Positions 1 to 10,651 of a stretch of DNA of 64,000 nucleotides are shown here, in pieces (the stretch's first letter is position 1; each line of letters begins with the position of its first letter). Origin of the DNA: Bacteroidota bacterium. GTDB lineage: Bacteria > Bacteroidota > Bacteroidia > 2-12-FULL-35-15. The position numbers and the translations under genes were made by a program. The notes beneath the pieces are model-generated. The model worked only from the letters and a program-made list of their open reading frames with translations, was not told the DNA's origin and did no database searches. The DNA is taken from the NCBI GenBank assembly GCA_016722565.1, contig JADKIU010000002.1, forward strand, positions 454,119 through 518,118, read 5' to 3'.

Positions 1-1039
1 CATCCGCCATTCCTGAAGCTGAAATGATGATGCAAGGCTCTTTTAACTCGTTCAATCGTTTCGAATCTTCCACATCTTGAACATAAATCAAATTGTTAAA
101 ACCAAAAGGATTGGGATCGGTTTTCATGTATTCCAAAATATCTGCATTAAAACATTCCGGATGATCCCTCATGATGTTCGTTGCATTCACAGAAAGAGGG
201 CTATCCACATAGACGTTAATGCGTGGTAACATTTTTTTCTTTTCCATTTGGTCCAAAGCAAAAACCAATTCTTGCGTTCTACCCAAACTGAAAGCAGGAA
301 TGATTACTTTTCCTTTTTTTGTGATACAGGTATTGTAAATCACATCAAATAGTTGTTGCTCACTGTAGGCGGTATCTGTATGCAATCGATCACCATAAGT
401 GGATTCTGCGATAATATATTCCGCTTGCGGAAATGGCTGTGGATCTTTTAAAATAGAACCATTGTAGCGTCCGATATCACCTGTAAAGCAAATTCTCTTC
501 TTAACACCATTTTCCGTTAGTTCGAGATTCACAGCCCCGCTACCCAAAATATGCCCGGAATCAGTAAAAGAAACCGTCAAGCCATCATAAACGGTATACA
601 TTTTATTATAGTCGATGCCAAAAAAAAGTGGCAAACATTTTTCAACATCTGTTACTTTATAGATCGGTTTAAATGGTTCTTCACCGCGTTTAATCCTGCG
701 TTTATTCACATATTTCACATCGTTTTCCTGGATATGGGCACTGTCGGTAAGCATAATTTTGCAAAGATCTTGTGTTGCTGTTGTGCAAACAATCGGACCT
801 TTAAAACCTTGTTTAACCAGGTTTGGGATATTTCCAGAATGGTCGATATGCGCATGAGATAGGATGAGGTAATCAATTTCGCTTGGATTGAAATTAAACT
901 CGCGGTTCATTCCATCCGTTTCAGAGCCTTTGCCTTGAAAGAAGCCACAATCAAGTAATATTTTTTTTCCATCCGCTGTTGTAATCAAGTGTTTACTACC
1001 GGTTACAGTGCGAGCGGCCCCTAAAAATTGAATCGTCAT
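1..1039 (-). CDS. MBL-fold metallo-hydrolase (RNA-metabolising metallo-beta-lactamase family); 3' end (C-terminus) cut by the window start
   Basis: The reverse complement from 1039 translates MTIQFLGAARTVTGSKHLITTADGKKILLDCG...HAHIDHSGNIP with no stops down to position 1. The HxHxDH metal-binding motif is present. The provided track does not list it because no stop lies inside the window. Confidence 0.8.
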   Translation of the reverse strand, partial: MTIQFLGAARTVTGSKHLITTADGKKILLDCGFFQGKGSETDGMNREFNFNPSEIDYLILSHAHIDHSGNIPNLVKQGFKGPIVCTTATQDLCKIMLTDSAHIQENDVKYVNKRRIKRGEEPFKPIYKVTDVEKCLPLFFGIDYNKMYTVYDGLTVSFTDSGHILGSGAVNLELTENGVKKRICFTGDIGRYNGSILKDPQPFPQAEYIIAESTYGDRLHTDTAYSEQQLFDVIYNTCITKKGKVIIPAFSLGRTQELVFALDQMEKKKMLPRINVYVDSPLSVNATNIMRDHPECFNADILEYMKTDPNPFGFNNLIYVQDVEDSKRLNELKEPCIIISASGMAD

Positions 1040-1164
1040 ATTACTTATTTAAATTTTCATCAAAGATACAATCAAATCAATATGTTGCGATAAATATTTT
1101 TCTGAACAAAATCAAGTTCTGTTTGTTTTTCGTACATTTGATAACCCTTAAAACCATAACTTCT

Positions 1165-1716
1165 ATGAAAATGAGAATTTCTATCCTGTTCATTGCAATT
1201 ATTGCACTTTCAGCATTCAGCATAAAACAAACTACCACTTCCTTTTACGACTTAAAAGCAAAAACAATTGATGGAAAAGAATTTAATTTTTCCGATTTAA
1301 AAGGAAAAAAAGTATTGATTGTCAACACCGCCTCCAAATGCGGCTATACTTATCAATATGAAGATTTAGAAAAATTGTACAAAGCCTGCAAAGACAAAAA
1401 TTTCGTAATTATCGGATTTCCTGCAAATAATTTTGGTCGTCAAGAGCCTGGTACCAACACTGAAATCAAAGAATTTTGTACAAAAAATTATGGTGTTACA
1501 TTTCAGATGATGGAAAAAATTGATGTAAAAGGAGATGACATGCATGCTGTTTACAAATGGCTTACTTCGAAAATTTTAAATGGAAAAATGGATTCATCTG
1601 TAAAATGGAATTTCCAAAAATACATGATTGATGAAAAAGGAAATCTTGTAGATGTTGCCTATTCTGGAGACAAGCCAATGGATGATAAAATTGTAAACTG
1701 GATTAACGGAAAATAA
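1165..1716 (+). CDS. glutathione peroxidase family protein with an N-terminal signal peptide
   Basis: VLIVNTASKCGYTYQYEDLEKLYKACKDKNFVIIGFPANNFGRQEPG is the GPx active-site region with the catalytic Cys. The start is placed at the second Met (MKMRISILF...); an alternative start is 1123. Confidence 0.85.
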   Translation: MKMRISILFIAIIALSAFSIKQTTTSFYDLKAKTIDGKEFNFSDLKGKKVLIVNTASKCGYTYQYEDLEKLYKACKDKNFVIIGFPANNFGRQEPGTNTEIKEFCTKNYGVTFQMMEKIDVKGDDMHAVYKWLTSKILNGKMDSSVKWNFQKYMIDEKGNLVDVAYSGDKPMDDKIVNWINGK

Positions 1717-1719
1717 AAA

Positions 1720-2484
1720 ATGACTGCTAGTAACGACTCTTCATTATTTGCACCTTTATCTCCATTGCATAAATTAGATATTTTAGCAATTGGTGTTCAC
1801 CCTGATGATGTAGAATTATCTTGCTCAGGTACTTTGCTAAAGCATATTGCTTTGGGTAAAAAATGTGGAATTTTGGATTTAACGTGTGGCGAGATGGGTA
1901 CTCGCGGAACAGGTCCGTTGCGTTTGCAAGAAGCGGCCAATGCGGCAAAAATATTGGGCATTACTGTTCGCGATAATTTAAAAATGGCAGACGCCTTTTT
2001 CAAAAACGACAAAGAAAGTCAAATTGCAATTGTCAAAAAAATCAGAGAATATCAACCCGAAATTGTATTGTGTAATGCCGTTTCGGATCGTCATCCGGAT
2101 CATGCAAGAGCATCTCAATTGGTTGTAGAAGCCTGTTTTTATAGCGGTTTAGTAAAATTGGAAACAGCCTACGATGGTTTTAAACAAACTGCATGGCGTC
2201 CAAAAGCTGTTTATCATTATATTCAAGATCGTCAGTTAAAACCTGATTTTGTTGTAGATGTAACCGCTTTCGTTGAAAAGAAGATGCAAGCCATTCAAGC
2301 ATTTAAGTCGCAGTTTTATGATCCCACTTCAAATGAACCGGAATCACCGATTTCGGTTAAAAATTTCTTTGAAGTGGTGAAAGGAAAAATGGCTGTGTTT
2401 GGCAGAGATGCAGGGTTTGATTATGCAGAAGGATTTACTGTTGATAGAAGTATTGGTATTACTAATATTTTTGATTTAAAATAG
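1720..2484 (+). CDS. bshB1: LmbE/PIG-L family deacetylase, likely the bacillithiol biosynthesis deacetylase BshB1
   Basis: Carries LAIGVHPDDVELSCSGTL and the HPDH zinc-binding motifs. It is 254 aa and lies next to a thiol peroxidase gene. Confidence 0.7.
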   Translation: MTASNDSSLFAPLSPLHKLDILAIGVHPDDVELSCSGTLLKHIALGKKCGILDLTCGEMGTRGTGPLRLQEAANAAKILGITVRDNLKMADAFFKNDKESQIAIVKKIREYQPEIVLCNAVSDRHPDHARASQLVVEACFYSGLVKLETAYDGFKQTAWRPKAVYHYIQDRQLKPDFVVDVTAFVEKKMQAIQAFKSQFYDPTSNEPESPISVKNFFEVVKGKMAVFGRDAGFDYAEGFTVDRSIGITNIFDLK

Positions 2485-3273
2485 TTACCAAAACTTTGTT
2501 ACTGTTTTTGCTGAATTATTATCATAATTCAGATAGTAAAAATTGCGCTCCAATCCTTTGATTTCAATTGTTTTTCCAGATCCTTTTCGAACCAGATTGC
2601 CATATCGATCATAGAGTTCATACATCGTTTCTTGATTAAACTCAATTACATCTGCAAGTTTTTGTGCATCGCCAATTATTTCTACATTCAAATCGGGAAA
2701 CTCAAACTCAGCAGTTGCTGATAATCTTGTTTTTCCGGAAGCAACTTGCTTCACTCTAAATTTATTTTGCCTTGAATGTGGCTTCGTTTGGAAGGAATAG
2801 GCATTTTCTTCCATTCCACCTTTCCCTTCAACTTCTCCAATTTTCACCCATTTGTTCCAGCGGTATTGTTCAACAGTATAAGGCAAAGGATGGATTTCGT
2901 TTTTACTAATCCAGTGCAGAATACCATTGGAATCTATGGAAATCGTAACAATGTCAAAATTGCCTTTGGGAGAATAATTAGGGGTAATCACTTTGGGTTT
3001 GCATCCAGCTTTATGCGTGATTTCAATCTTGATGGTATCGTCTAGTTTAAAACCGAGTGAATCAAGTTTGATTTCGTAAGCGTTTGTATTTTGTATGCGA
3101 ATTTCGCTACCGTTAACAATGACCCTTTCCGTGCAAAAACTACCTTTTTCATCCGCCTCCGGATTTTGAACAAATACATTTTTTCCTTGATAGGTACCTT
3201 CTAATACTATTTTTTGAGCAAACCCCGAAAGCGAAATCGCCAAAAAAAACACTATAAACAAGCTTCTATTCAT
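2485..3273 (-). CDS. hypothetical secreted protein
   Basis: 262-aa ORF with an N-terminal signal peptide (MNRSLFIVFFLAISLSGFAQ). No recognisable domain. Confidence 0.5.
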   Translation of the reverse strand: MNRSLFIVFFLAISLSGFAQKIVLEGTYQGKNVFVQNPEADEKGSFCTERVIVNGSEIRIQNTNAYEIKLDSLGFKLDDTIKIEITHKAGCKPKVITPNYSPKGNFDIVTISIDSNGILHWISKNEIHPLPYTVEQYRWNKWVKIGEVEGKGGMEENAYSFQTKPHSRQNKFRVKQVASGKTRLSATAEFEFPDLNVEIIGDAQKLADVIEFNQETMYELYDRYGNLVRKGSGKTIEIKGLERNFYYLNYDNNSAKTVTKFW

Positions 3274-3368
3274 GCCCCTAATTTACTCATATTTATACAA
3301 ATTTCCGCTTTAGATTTTCTATTTGGAATTCAAATCCTATCTTTGAAAAAAAATAGAAAAACTGAGGT

Positions 3369-4445
3369 ATGGACTTTTTTAAGAAAGAGAAAAAAACAGC
3401 GTTAGAAGCAATTGAATATGCGCAGTTTATTGCACATGCTCCAATGGTATTTCAAGCAAGCCGTGTTTTGCGTGATAGTGGGATTTTGCAAGTGATTATG
3501 GATGCTCGCAAAGTTGGACTAACGCTTGAAGAAGTGGTTGAAAAAGTGAAACTACCGCATTATGGAGTTCGAGTTTTACTTGAATCAGGCCTAGGCATTG
3601 GATTGGTATTGATTGATGATGAAAACAGATATACGATTTCCAAGACAGGTTATTTTATTTTGAATGATCAAATGACCCGTGTGAACATGGATTTTGTTCA
3701 AGATGTTTGTTATAAAGGGCTCTATAATTTAGAAGATTCTATAAAAAATGAAAAGCCGGAAGGGTTAAAAGTATTTGGTGAATGGAAAACCGTTTATGAA
3801 GCCTTGGCGCATCTTCCAGGTGTTGTTCAAAAATCGTGGTTTGGCTTCGATCATTATTATTCAGATGATGCCTTTCCATTGGTGTTGCCATTGGTATTCA
3901 AAAACAAACCAAAAAAGCTATTGGACATTGGCGGTAATACCGGTAAATGGTCGATTGCTTGTGCAAAATATGATAAAGATGTTCAGGTAACAATTGTGGA
4001 TTTACCCGGACAAGTGAACATGGCAAAAGCCAATATTGAAAAGCATGGTTTGTCGGATCGTTTATCATTTCATGGGACAAACATCATGGACGAATCACAA
4101 AAACTTCCCAAAGGCTATGATGCTATTTGGATGAGCCAGTTCTTAGATTGTTTTTCTGAAAAAGAAATTGTGTCGATTTTAAACCGCTGTCACGAAGCCA
4201 TTAACGATAATGGTTATGTTTATATATTAGAGCCTTTCTGGGACCGTCAGCGATTTGAAGCAGCTGCGTTTTCCTTGCAACAAACTTCTTTATACTTTAC
4301 CGCAATTGCAAACGGAAACTCACAAATGTATCACTCCGAAGTGTTTTTAAAATGTGTTCGTGAAGCTGGCTTTGAGGTGGTAGAGCAGATTGACCAGATA
4401 GGAGTGAGCCAGAGTTTGCTGAAATGTAAAAAGATCCAAAAATAA
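3369..4445 (+). CDS. class I SAM-dependent O-methyltransferase with an N-terminal winged-helix dimerisation domain
   Basis: LLDIGGNTGKWSIACAKYDKDVQVTIVDLPGQV is SAM motif I. The overall architecture resembles family-2 O-methyltransferases. Confidence 0.7.
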   Translation: MDFFKKEKKTALEAIEYAQFIAHAPMVFQASRVLRDSGILQVIMDARKVGLTLEEVVEKVKLPHYGVRVLLESGLGIGLVLIDDENRYTISKTGYFILNDQMTRVNMDFVQDVCYKGLYNLEDSIKNEKPEGLKVFGEWKTVYEALAHLPGVVQKSWFGFDHYYSDDAFPLVLPLVFKNKPKKLLDIGGNTGKWSIACAKYDKDVQVTIVDLPGQVNMAKANIEKHGLSDRLSFHGTNIMDESQKLPKGYDAIWMSQFLDCFSEKEIVSILNRCHEAINDNGYVYILEPFWDRQRFEAAAFSLQQTSLYFTAIANGNSQMYHSEVFLKCVREAGFEVVEQIDQIGVSQSLLKCKKIQK

Positions 4446-4462
4446 TTTCTTATCTTAACATC

Positions 4463-6163
4463 ATGAATGTTAGGTCGATTCTTTTTTCTATTTCCTTATT
4501 GATAGGCTACGTAAGTCAAAGTCAAACTTATAGTTTCGAATGGGTAGCACCTGCTGGTGCTACTGGAAGCGAAACCTCCTCATTCCGAAGTGCAGTTGAT
4601 GCATCGGGAAACGTTTATAATATAGGCGTTTTTGACAGTATAACTGATGTCGATCCCGGTCCAGGAACATATCTGTTGTACTCCGGGCACGACAACACCA
4701 GCGATATTTATATAAGAAAGCTCGATGCTGCAGGTAATTTGGTCTGGGCTTTTCAGCTAGGTGATCCTGAATATCAGGATAATATTACTACCATAAATGT
4801 CGATCCGTCCGGAAACATAATAATTTCAGGATTCTTCACGGATACACTTGATCTCGATCCCACTGCAGGAGTTACCAATGTTATAGCCAGTCCTGTCAAC
4901 GCTGATATTTATATTGCAAAATACACTCCTTCGGGCACTTTGCTTTGGGCGAAACAAACCGAAGGTTCGGTCGCTTCTGGGATAATACCTTTGACAAGTA
5001 AGCTGGATCCAATGGGGAATATTTATTTGACTGGGCAATTTGCTGATACAATTGATGTAGACACAGGTCCTGGAATTTCAACTATAAATTCTGTAAATCA
5101 GTCAGTATTTGTTATCAAATTTGACAATTCCGGAAACCTTATTTGGGCAAAAGCTGTGGGAGTGAGCAGTTGTTCGTTTTGTGACTCCTGGGCAACAGCA
5201 TTGTGTTTAGATCAGTCGGGCAGTATATTGTTGACAGGCTTGTACAGAGGGACATGTGACTTTGATCCCGGAGTTGGTATCAGCAATTTGTCTTGGCCTG
5301 GTACTGACTACCAGATCTTCATTTGTAAATTGGATCCGCTCGGAAACTTAATTTGGGCAGAAGCAATCGGAAACAGGGTATCCATTTATGACCTGACTGC
5401 AGACATTATAGCCGATGCTTCCGGAAATTTTTATATCACAGGATGCTATGATACCATTGCGGACATGGATCCGGGTCCAGGCGTTACCAATTTAGCCTTT
5501 TCTGGAACGATCCATAACGACATCTTTATATGTAAATTTAAGCCTTCAGGAGATTTGATCTGGGCAAGGGGAATAGGTGGTACAGGAATTGATATTCCAG
5601 GTACTTTGGTGCTTGATCATAGCCGCATAATTCTAAGCGGATTTTTTCAATATACCATGGATTTTGATCCAGGACCGGGTAGCACTTTTATTTCGCCTGG
5701 TGGCTTTTACGATTCATTTATTCTTTCCTTGGACACTTCAAGTGCTTTCATAAATGCACTTCACTTGAAATCTGACCCTGTAGCCTATAATTATGGACGT
5801 ACGTTGATTCGGGACATTTCGGGAAATTTATATTTTACAGGAGGTTTTGATGATGGCTTTGTAGATTTTGATCCGGGACCATTGACTCACAACATTTATG
5901 CACAAGGCATACTAGAAAATGTATTTGTTCTGAAGTTGCATGCAAGTTTTATGGATATAGTCGAAAATGAAATTGGAGCCATTTCTGTGTTTCCTAATCC
6001 CGGAAATACAGGTTTTTCGTTTACTGCCTTTACTAAGATTGACAAGATTGAAATCCGAAATGTCTTGGGTCAAATTGTTTATTCTGAATCAAATCCTTCA
6101 ATGGATTTTGTGAATATGACTTCATTCTCTGACGGTCTTTATACACTTTTTGTTTTCGTCTGA
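4463..6163 (+). CDS. secreted SBBP (beta-propeller) repeat protein with a T9SS type A C-terminal sorting domain
   Basis: Signal peptide, then about 8 repeats of the form SGN.Y.TG.F.D..DFDPGPG...F..K....G..W. C-terminus is ISVFPNPGNTGFSF...GLYTLFV. Confidence 0.8.
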   Translation: MNVRSILFSISLLIGYVSQSQTYSFEWVAPAGATGSETSSFRSAVDASGNVYNIGVFDSITDVDPGPGTYLLYSGHDNTSDIYIRKLDAAGNLVWAFQLGDPEYQDNITTINVDPSGNIIISGFFTDTLDLDPTAGVTNVIASPVNADIYIAKYTPSGTLLWAKQTEGSVASGIIPLTSKLDPMGNIYLTGQFADTIDVDTGPGISTINSVNQSVFVIKFDNSGNLIWAKAVGVSSCSFCDSWATALCLDQSGSILLTGLYRGTCDFDPGVGISNLSWPGTDYQIFICKLDPLGNLIWAEAIGNRVSIYDLTADIIADASGNFYITGCYDTIADMDPGPGVTNLAFSGTIHNDIFICKFKPSGDLIWARGIGGTGIDIPGTLVLDHSRIILSGFFQYTMDFDPGPGSTFISPGGFYDSFILSLDTSSAFINALHLKSDPVAYNYGRTLIRDISGNLYFTGGFDDGFVDFDPGPLTHNIYAQGILENVFVLKLHASFMDIVENEIGAISVFPNPGNTGFSFTAFTKIDKIEIRNVLGQIVYSESNPSMDFVNMTSFSDGLYTLFVFV

Positions 6164-6256
6164 AGGTCGCACAATGGCTACCAGATGGCTGAAATCAAAT
6201 TGATGTTTCTCAAGAGAGTTTTTTTGCTAAATTTGCCTTCCTAGAAAATATATGAC

Positions 6257-7600
6257 ATGTTTGACAATTTAAGTGATAAGCTAGATAGAGCCTTTAAAGT
6301 TTTAAAAGGTCATGGTAAAATTACAGAGATAAATGTATCGGAAACGGTTAAGGAAATTCGTAAGGCCTTATTGGATGCCGATGTAAACTATAAAGTTGCA
6401 AAACAATTTACGGATACCGTAAAAGAAAAAGCACTTGGGCAAAATGTATTAACGTCTATTTCACCTGGACAATTACTCACCAAAATTACGCACGATGAGT
6501 TGAGTAAGTTGATGGGCGAAACCAGCACCGACATCAAATTGGGTGGCAATCCAACGATTGTATTGATGAGCGGTTTGCAAGGTTCTGGTAAAACTACTTT
6601 TTCAGGAAAATTAGCAAATCACCTAAAAACAAAACGTGGTAAAAAACCTTTGTTGGTTGCCTGTGATATTTATCGTCCTGCTGCGATTGACCAATTGCAT
6701 GTATTGGGTGAACAAATTGGTGTGGATGTATTTTCAGATAGAGAAAACAAAGATGCTGTTTCCATTGCTCAAAAAGGAATTGCACATGCAAAATTAAATG
6801 GCAACTCTGTTGTTATTATCGATACTGCCGGTCGATTGGCTGTTGATGAGCAAATGATGAATGAGATTGCAGCTGTAAAAGATGCAATCAAGCCGGATGA
6901 GATTTTGTTTGTGGTGGATTCCATGACTGGTCAAGATGCTGTTAACACGGCCAAAACATTTAACGATCGATTGAATTTTGACGGAGTAGTTCTTACAAAA
7001 TTAGATGGTGATACCCGCGGGGGAGCTGCATTGTCAATTCTATCTGTTGTAAATAAGCCCATCAAATTTGTTGGTACAGGCGAAAAGATGGATGCCATTG
7101 ATGTATTCCATCCGAAACGTATGGCTGATCGGATTTTGGGCATGGGTGACGTTGTTACATTGGTGGAGCGTGCGCAAGAACAGTACAATGTTGAAGAAGC
7201 CAGAAAACTTCAAAAGAAAATCGCAAAAAATCAATTTACATTCAATGATTTCTTATCGCAATTAAATCAAATCAAAAAGATGGGTAACATCAAAGATTTG
7301 GTTGGAATGATTCCAGGTGTTGGAAAAGCATTGAAGAATGTGGATATTGATGACAAAGCATTTGTGAGCATCGAAGCCATTATTTACTCAATGACACCCT
7401 ATGAAAGAGAAAATCCTGATTCACTTACCGGCAAACGAAGAGATCGCATTGCTAAAGGAAGTGGAACAACGATACAAGATGTAAACCGGTTGGTAAAACA
7501 ATTTGAAGATACGCGCAAGATGATGAAGATGATGGGCAATAAAGAGAACATGGCGAAGATGATGCAACAAATGAAGAATATGCCAGGAATGGGGCGATAG
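6257..7600 (+). CDS. ffh: signal recognition particle protein Ffh
   Basis: N domain, GTPase motifs (GLQGSGKTT, DTAGR, TKLDGD) and a Met-rich M domain are all present. Confidence 0.95.
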   Translation: MFDNLSDKLDRAFKVLKGHGKITEINVSETVKEIRKALLDADVNYKVAKQFTDTVKEKALGQNVLTSISPGQLLTKITHDELSKLMGETSTDIKLGGNPTIVLMSGLQGSGKTTFSGKLANHLKTKRGKKPLLVACDIYRPAAIDQLHVLGEQIGVDVFSDRENKDAVSIAQKGIAHAKLNGNSVVIIDTAGRLAVDEQMMNEIAAVKDAIKPDEILFVVDSMTGQDAVNTAKTFNDRLNFDGVVLTKLDGDTRGGAALSILSVVNKPIKFVGTGEKMDAIDVFHPKRMADRILGMGDVVTLVERAQEQYNVEEARKLQKKIAKNQFTFNDFLSQLNQIKKMGNIKDLVGMIPGVGKALKNVDIDDKAFVSIEAIIYSMTPYERENPDSLTGKRRDRIAKGSGTTIQDVNRLVKQFEDTRKMMKMMGNKENMAKMMQQMKNMPGMGR

Positions 7601-7643
7601 TTTCTCTGCTCTAAATGACAAAAACGAATTAGCATAAAAATGT

Positions 7644-8528
7644 ATGGCAACAATAATTGACGGTAAATTAATCTCTTTGCAAATTCAAGACGAGATTGCA
7701 GCAGAAGTAAAAACAATTAAAGCAAACAATGGGAAAATCCCTCATTTGGCTGCGATTCTTGTTGGTAATGATGGTGCTTCTGAAACGTATGTTGGTGCAA
7801 AAGTAAAAGCCTGCGAAAAGATTGGTTTTAAATCTACCTTAGTTCGTTTGTCGGCTGAAACAACCGAACAAGAATTGTTATACATTGTTGAAGGTTTGAA
7901 TAACGATGCGGATATTGACGGATACATTGTTCAGTTGCCACTTCCGAAACATATCAATGAACATAAAATTGTTGAAGCGATTTCCCCTCAGAAAGATGTA
8001 GATGGATTTCATCCACAAAACATCGGCAGGATGGCGCTGGATTGGCCCACTTACCTTCCGGCAACACCTTATGGGATTATGCAGTTGTTAGAGCGCTACA
8101 AAATCGATACAGCAGGAAAACACTGTGTGGTGATTGGCAGAAGCCATATTGTAGGTTCGCCAATGAGTATTTTAATGGCTCGAAACACGAATCCAGGAAA
8201 CTGTACTGTAACAATGTGTCATAGTCGCACTGCCAACTTAAAGGAATTCACATTAAAGGCTGATATTTTAATTGTTGCTTTAGGAAAAGCAGAGTTTGTA
8301 ACAGCAGATATGGTGAAAGATGGAGTAGTGGTAATCGATGTTGGAATAACGCGTGTGGCATCCTCCGAAACCAAAAGCGGTTTTAAATTATTAGGAGATG
8401 TAAAATACGATGAAGTTGCTGCAAAATCCTCTTTTATAACTCCAGTTCCAGATGGAGTAGGTCCGATGACTATTGCTTCCTTATTGATGAATACGTTAAA
8501 AGCCTGTAAAAAAGAAGTGTATAAATAA
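7644..8528 (+). CDS. folD: bifunctional methylenetetrahydrofolate dehydrogenase / methenyl-THF cyclohydrolase
   Basis: [22 protein letters not shown]...[24 protein letters not shown]...[12 protein letters not shown] matches FolD throughout. Confidence 0.95.
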   Translation: MATIIDGKLISLQIQDEIAAEVKTIKANNGKIPHLAAILVGNDGASETYVGAKVKACEKIGFKSTLVRLSAETTEQELLYIVEGLNNDADIDGYIVQLPLPKHINEHKIVEAISPQKDVDGFHPQNIGRMALDWPTYLPATPYGIMQLLERYKIDTAGKHCVVIGRSHIVGSPMSILMARNTNPGNCTVTMCHSRTANLKEFTLKADILIVALGKAEFVTADMVKDGVVVIDVGITRVASSETKSGFKLLGDVKYDEVAAKSSFITPVPDGVGPMTIASLLMNTLKACKKEVYK

Positions 8529-10637
8529 TTATACTCTCACTCCAAACACCAAAACATCATCTACCTGTTCTCTATTTGCTTTCCATGAATGGAAATGGGT
8601 TTCAAGGTTAAGTTGTTGCTCTTTCATCGAAGAAGATTGTAAGGTTGATAGTAACTTCTTCATGTTTTTTGTCATCATTTTCTTTCCATCACTTCCTCCG
8701 AATTGATCAGCATAGCCATCAGAGCTTAAATAAATGGTATCTCCTTTTGTTAATGCAATTTCATGCAATGTAAATGTTCTGCTTTGATCGGAATATGCAC
8801 CACCAATAGAATGCTTGTCGCCTTTGTATTCAATGATTTCAGTTGTATTACTTTTAACAAACCACAAAGGACGCAATGCACCTGAAAAATAAAGCTTTGA
8901 AAAATCATTCTTAGGGAACATGATCACAGAAATATCCATACCATCTTTTGTATTCCCAGTCAAGTTATCTTGCTTCAAAGATTTCTTTACACCTTCGTGG
9001 AGCAGGGTTAATATGGTATGAGGTTCGATAATACCCTTTTCAATAACAATTTGTGTTAGAATGTCATTTCCAATCATACTCATAAAAGCTCCGGGTACAC
9101 CATGTCCGGTGCAATCTGCAATTGCAAGAATCAAGCACTCGTTTTTTTCCGCAAACCAGTAAAAATCACCACTAACAATATCTTTGGGCTGATACAGAAT
9201 AAATGATTGAGGTAAATAGTTTTGAATATATTCCTTTGAAGGCAATATAGCGGTTTGAATACGCTTCGCATAATTGATACTATCCGTAATGTCTTTGTTT
9301 TTTTCGTCTACAATTGCTTTTTGAATTTCGATCTCAAGCTTTTGTGCTTCCAATTGTTTGTTCGCTTTTCTTTTATTGTAAAATCCGATTAACAATACAA
9401 AAGCGAGCACAACAATTAAAGCAGAGAATGCCATTAAATTATATCTGAAACTTTTTTGTTTATTAATTTCCAGCTCCGATAAGGCTTTATCTTTTTCGAG
9501 TGAAGTAATTTGCAATTCCTTTTTTTCTGTTTCGTATTTCGTATTCATTTCAGCCATCATTTTTGTTGACTCCTCTGTGAAAATGGAATCTTTGATTGCA
9601 ATATAAAGTCCTTGATAATACAATGCCTGTTCGAAATTTCTTTGTTTTTGAAATAGGTTAGTGAGGTTAAGGTATGATTCTTTGAGTAAATCTTTTGCAC
9701 CAACCTCTTTTGCTAATATTAACGATTCATTCAAATAGTTCTGGGCTTTACTTAAATCACCCTCAACTAGACTAATGTTTCCAAGGTTATTTAGTGTGGT
9801 GGCAACACCAAATTTGTCTTTGCTTTTTTCTTGAATTGGCAAGGCTTCTTGATAGCAAAGACGAGCTTCATTGTATTTATTCTGCAATAAAAAATTACCC
9901 GCTCTGCTGTTGAGTGATTGCGTGTAATTCGACATATCCCCAACTTCCTTTTGAATCGTCAATGCTTTCTGAAAATAGTCGTCCGCCTCCTGGTATTTTT
10001 TTTTATCTTTTAAAATACCTCCGATATTGTTGTAAGTCATTCCTAAGCCAATGGCATCGCCTACTTCCTCCTTTATTTTTGTGGATTTTAAATAGAACTC
10101 CATTGCTTTATCTAAATTTCCTTGCAAGTAATAGATACCTGCAATGCCGTTCAAACTTGTTCCAATCCCCTTTTTATCATCAATCTCTTCTTTTATTTTT
10201 AAGGATTTAAAATGAATATCTAACGCTTTTGCAAAATCGCTTTGGAGATAATAGATATTTGCGATGTTGTTTAGACTGGCAGCGATGCTCTTTTTGTCTT
10301 TGTCTTCAGTGCTAATTTGTAACGCTTTGTTGTGATATTCAAGCGACTTTGGGTAGTCCGCCATGTTTTTATAAATAACCCCATAATTTCGATAAGCAGT
10401 AGCCATTCCTTTTCTATTGCCTATTTTCTCCGCATTTTCTAAAGCTTGTTGTGAATGCTTTAGTGCATTTTCAAAATCTCCTAACTTTCCATATCTGAAA
10501 GCAATATCATTCAAGGCATTAACAAGGGTTGTATCTTTTGCAGTTGCAATGACTTTTACAAGTGAATCAATCTTTGCTTGTTGCGCAAATGTTAATGAAA
10601 TGAATAGGAGGAACAAGAAAGTTAGTTTCGTGCGCAT
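8529..10637 (-). CDS. membrane-anchored sensor phosphatase: signal peptide, periplasmic TPR repeats, a TM helix and a cytoplasmic PP2C/SpoIIE phosphatase domain
   Basis: TPR repeats run across residues 40-330, followed by the TM segment LMAFSALIVVLAFVLLIGFY. The C-terminal region (DFYWFAEKNE...ADCTGHGVPGAF...DGYADQFGG...DDVLVFGVRV) is a SpoIIE/PP2C domain. Confidence 0.85.
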   Translation of the reverse strand: MRTKLTFLFLLFISLTFAQQAKIDSLVKVIATAKDTTLVNALNDIAFRYGKLGDFENALKHSQQALENAEKIGNRKGMATAYRNYGVIYKNMADYPKSLEYHNKALQISTEDKDKKSIAASLNNIANIYYLQSDFAKALDIHFKSLKIKEEIDDKKGIGTSLNGIAGIYYLQGNLDKAMEFYLKSTKIKEEVGDAIGLGMTYNNIGGILKDKKKYQEADDYFQKALTIQKEVGDMSNYTQSLNSRAGNFLLQNKYNEARLCYQEALPIQEKSKDKFGVATTLNNLGNISLVEGDLSKAQNYLNESLILAKEVGAKDLLKESYLNLTNLFQKQRNFEQALYYQGLYIAIKDSIFTEESTKMMAEMNTKYETEKKELQITSLEKDKALSELEINKQKSFRYNLMAFSALIVVLAFVLLIGFYNKRKANKQLEAQKLEIEIQKAIVDEKNKDITDSINYAKRIQTAILPSKEYIQNYLPQSFILYQPKDIVSGDFYWFAEKNECLILAIADCTGHGVPGAFMSMIGNDILTQIVIEKGIIEPHTILTLLHEGVKKSLKQDNLTGNTKDGMDISVIMFPKNDFSKLYFSGALRPLWFVKSNTTEIIEYKGDKHSIGGAYSDQSRTFTLHEIALTKGDTIYLSSDGYADQFGGSDGKKMMTKNMKKLLSTLQSSSMKEQQLNLETHFHSWKANREQVDDVLVFGVRV

Positions 10638-10651
10638 AGATTTAGCAGAGT

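Noticed and set aside
551-862. 103-aa plus-strand ORF
   Set aside because: It lies entirely antisense within the MBL-fold hydrolase gene (1..1039, minus strand), which has a clear conserved translation. It has no domain and is low complexity.
3214-3405. Lys/Arg-rich 63-aa ORF
   Set aside because: It overlaps the promoter and 5' region of the methyltransferase gene and the start of the minus-strand gene. Low complexity with no support.
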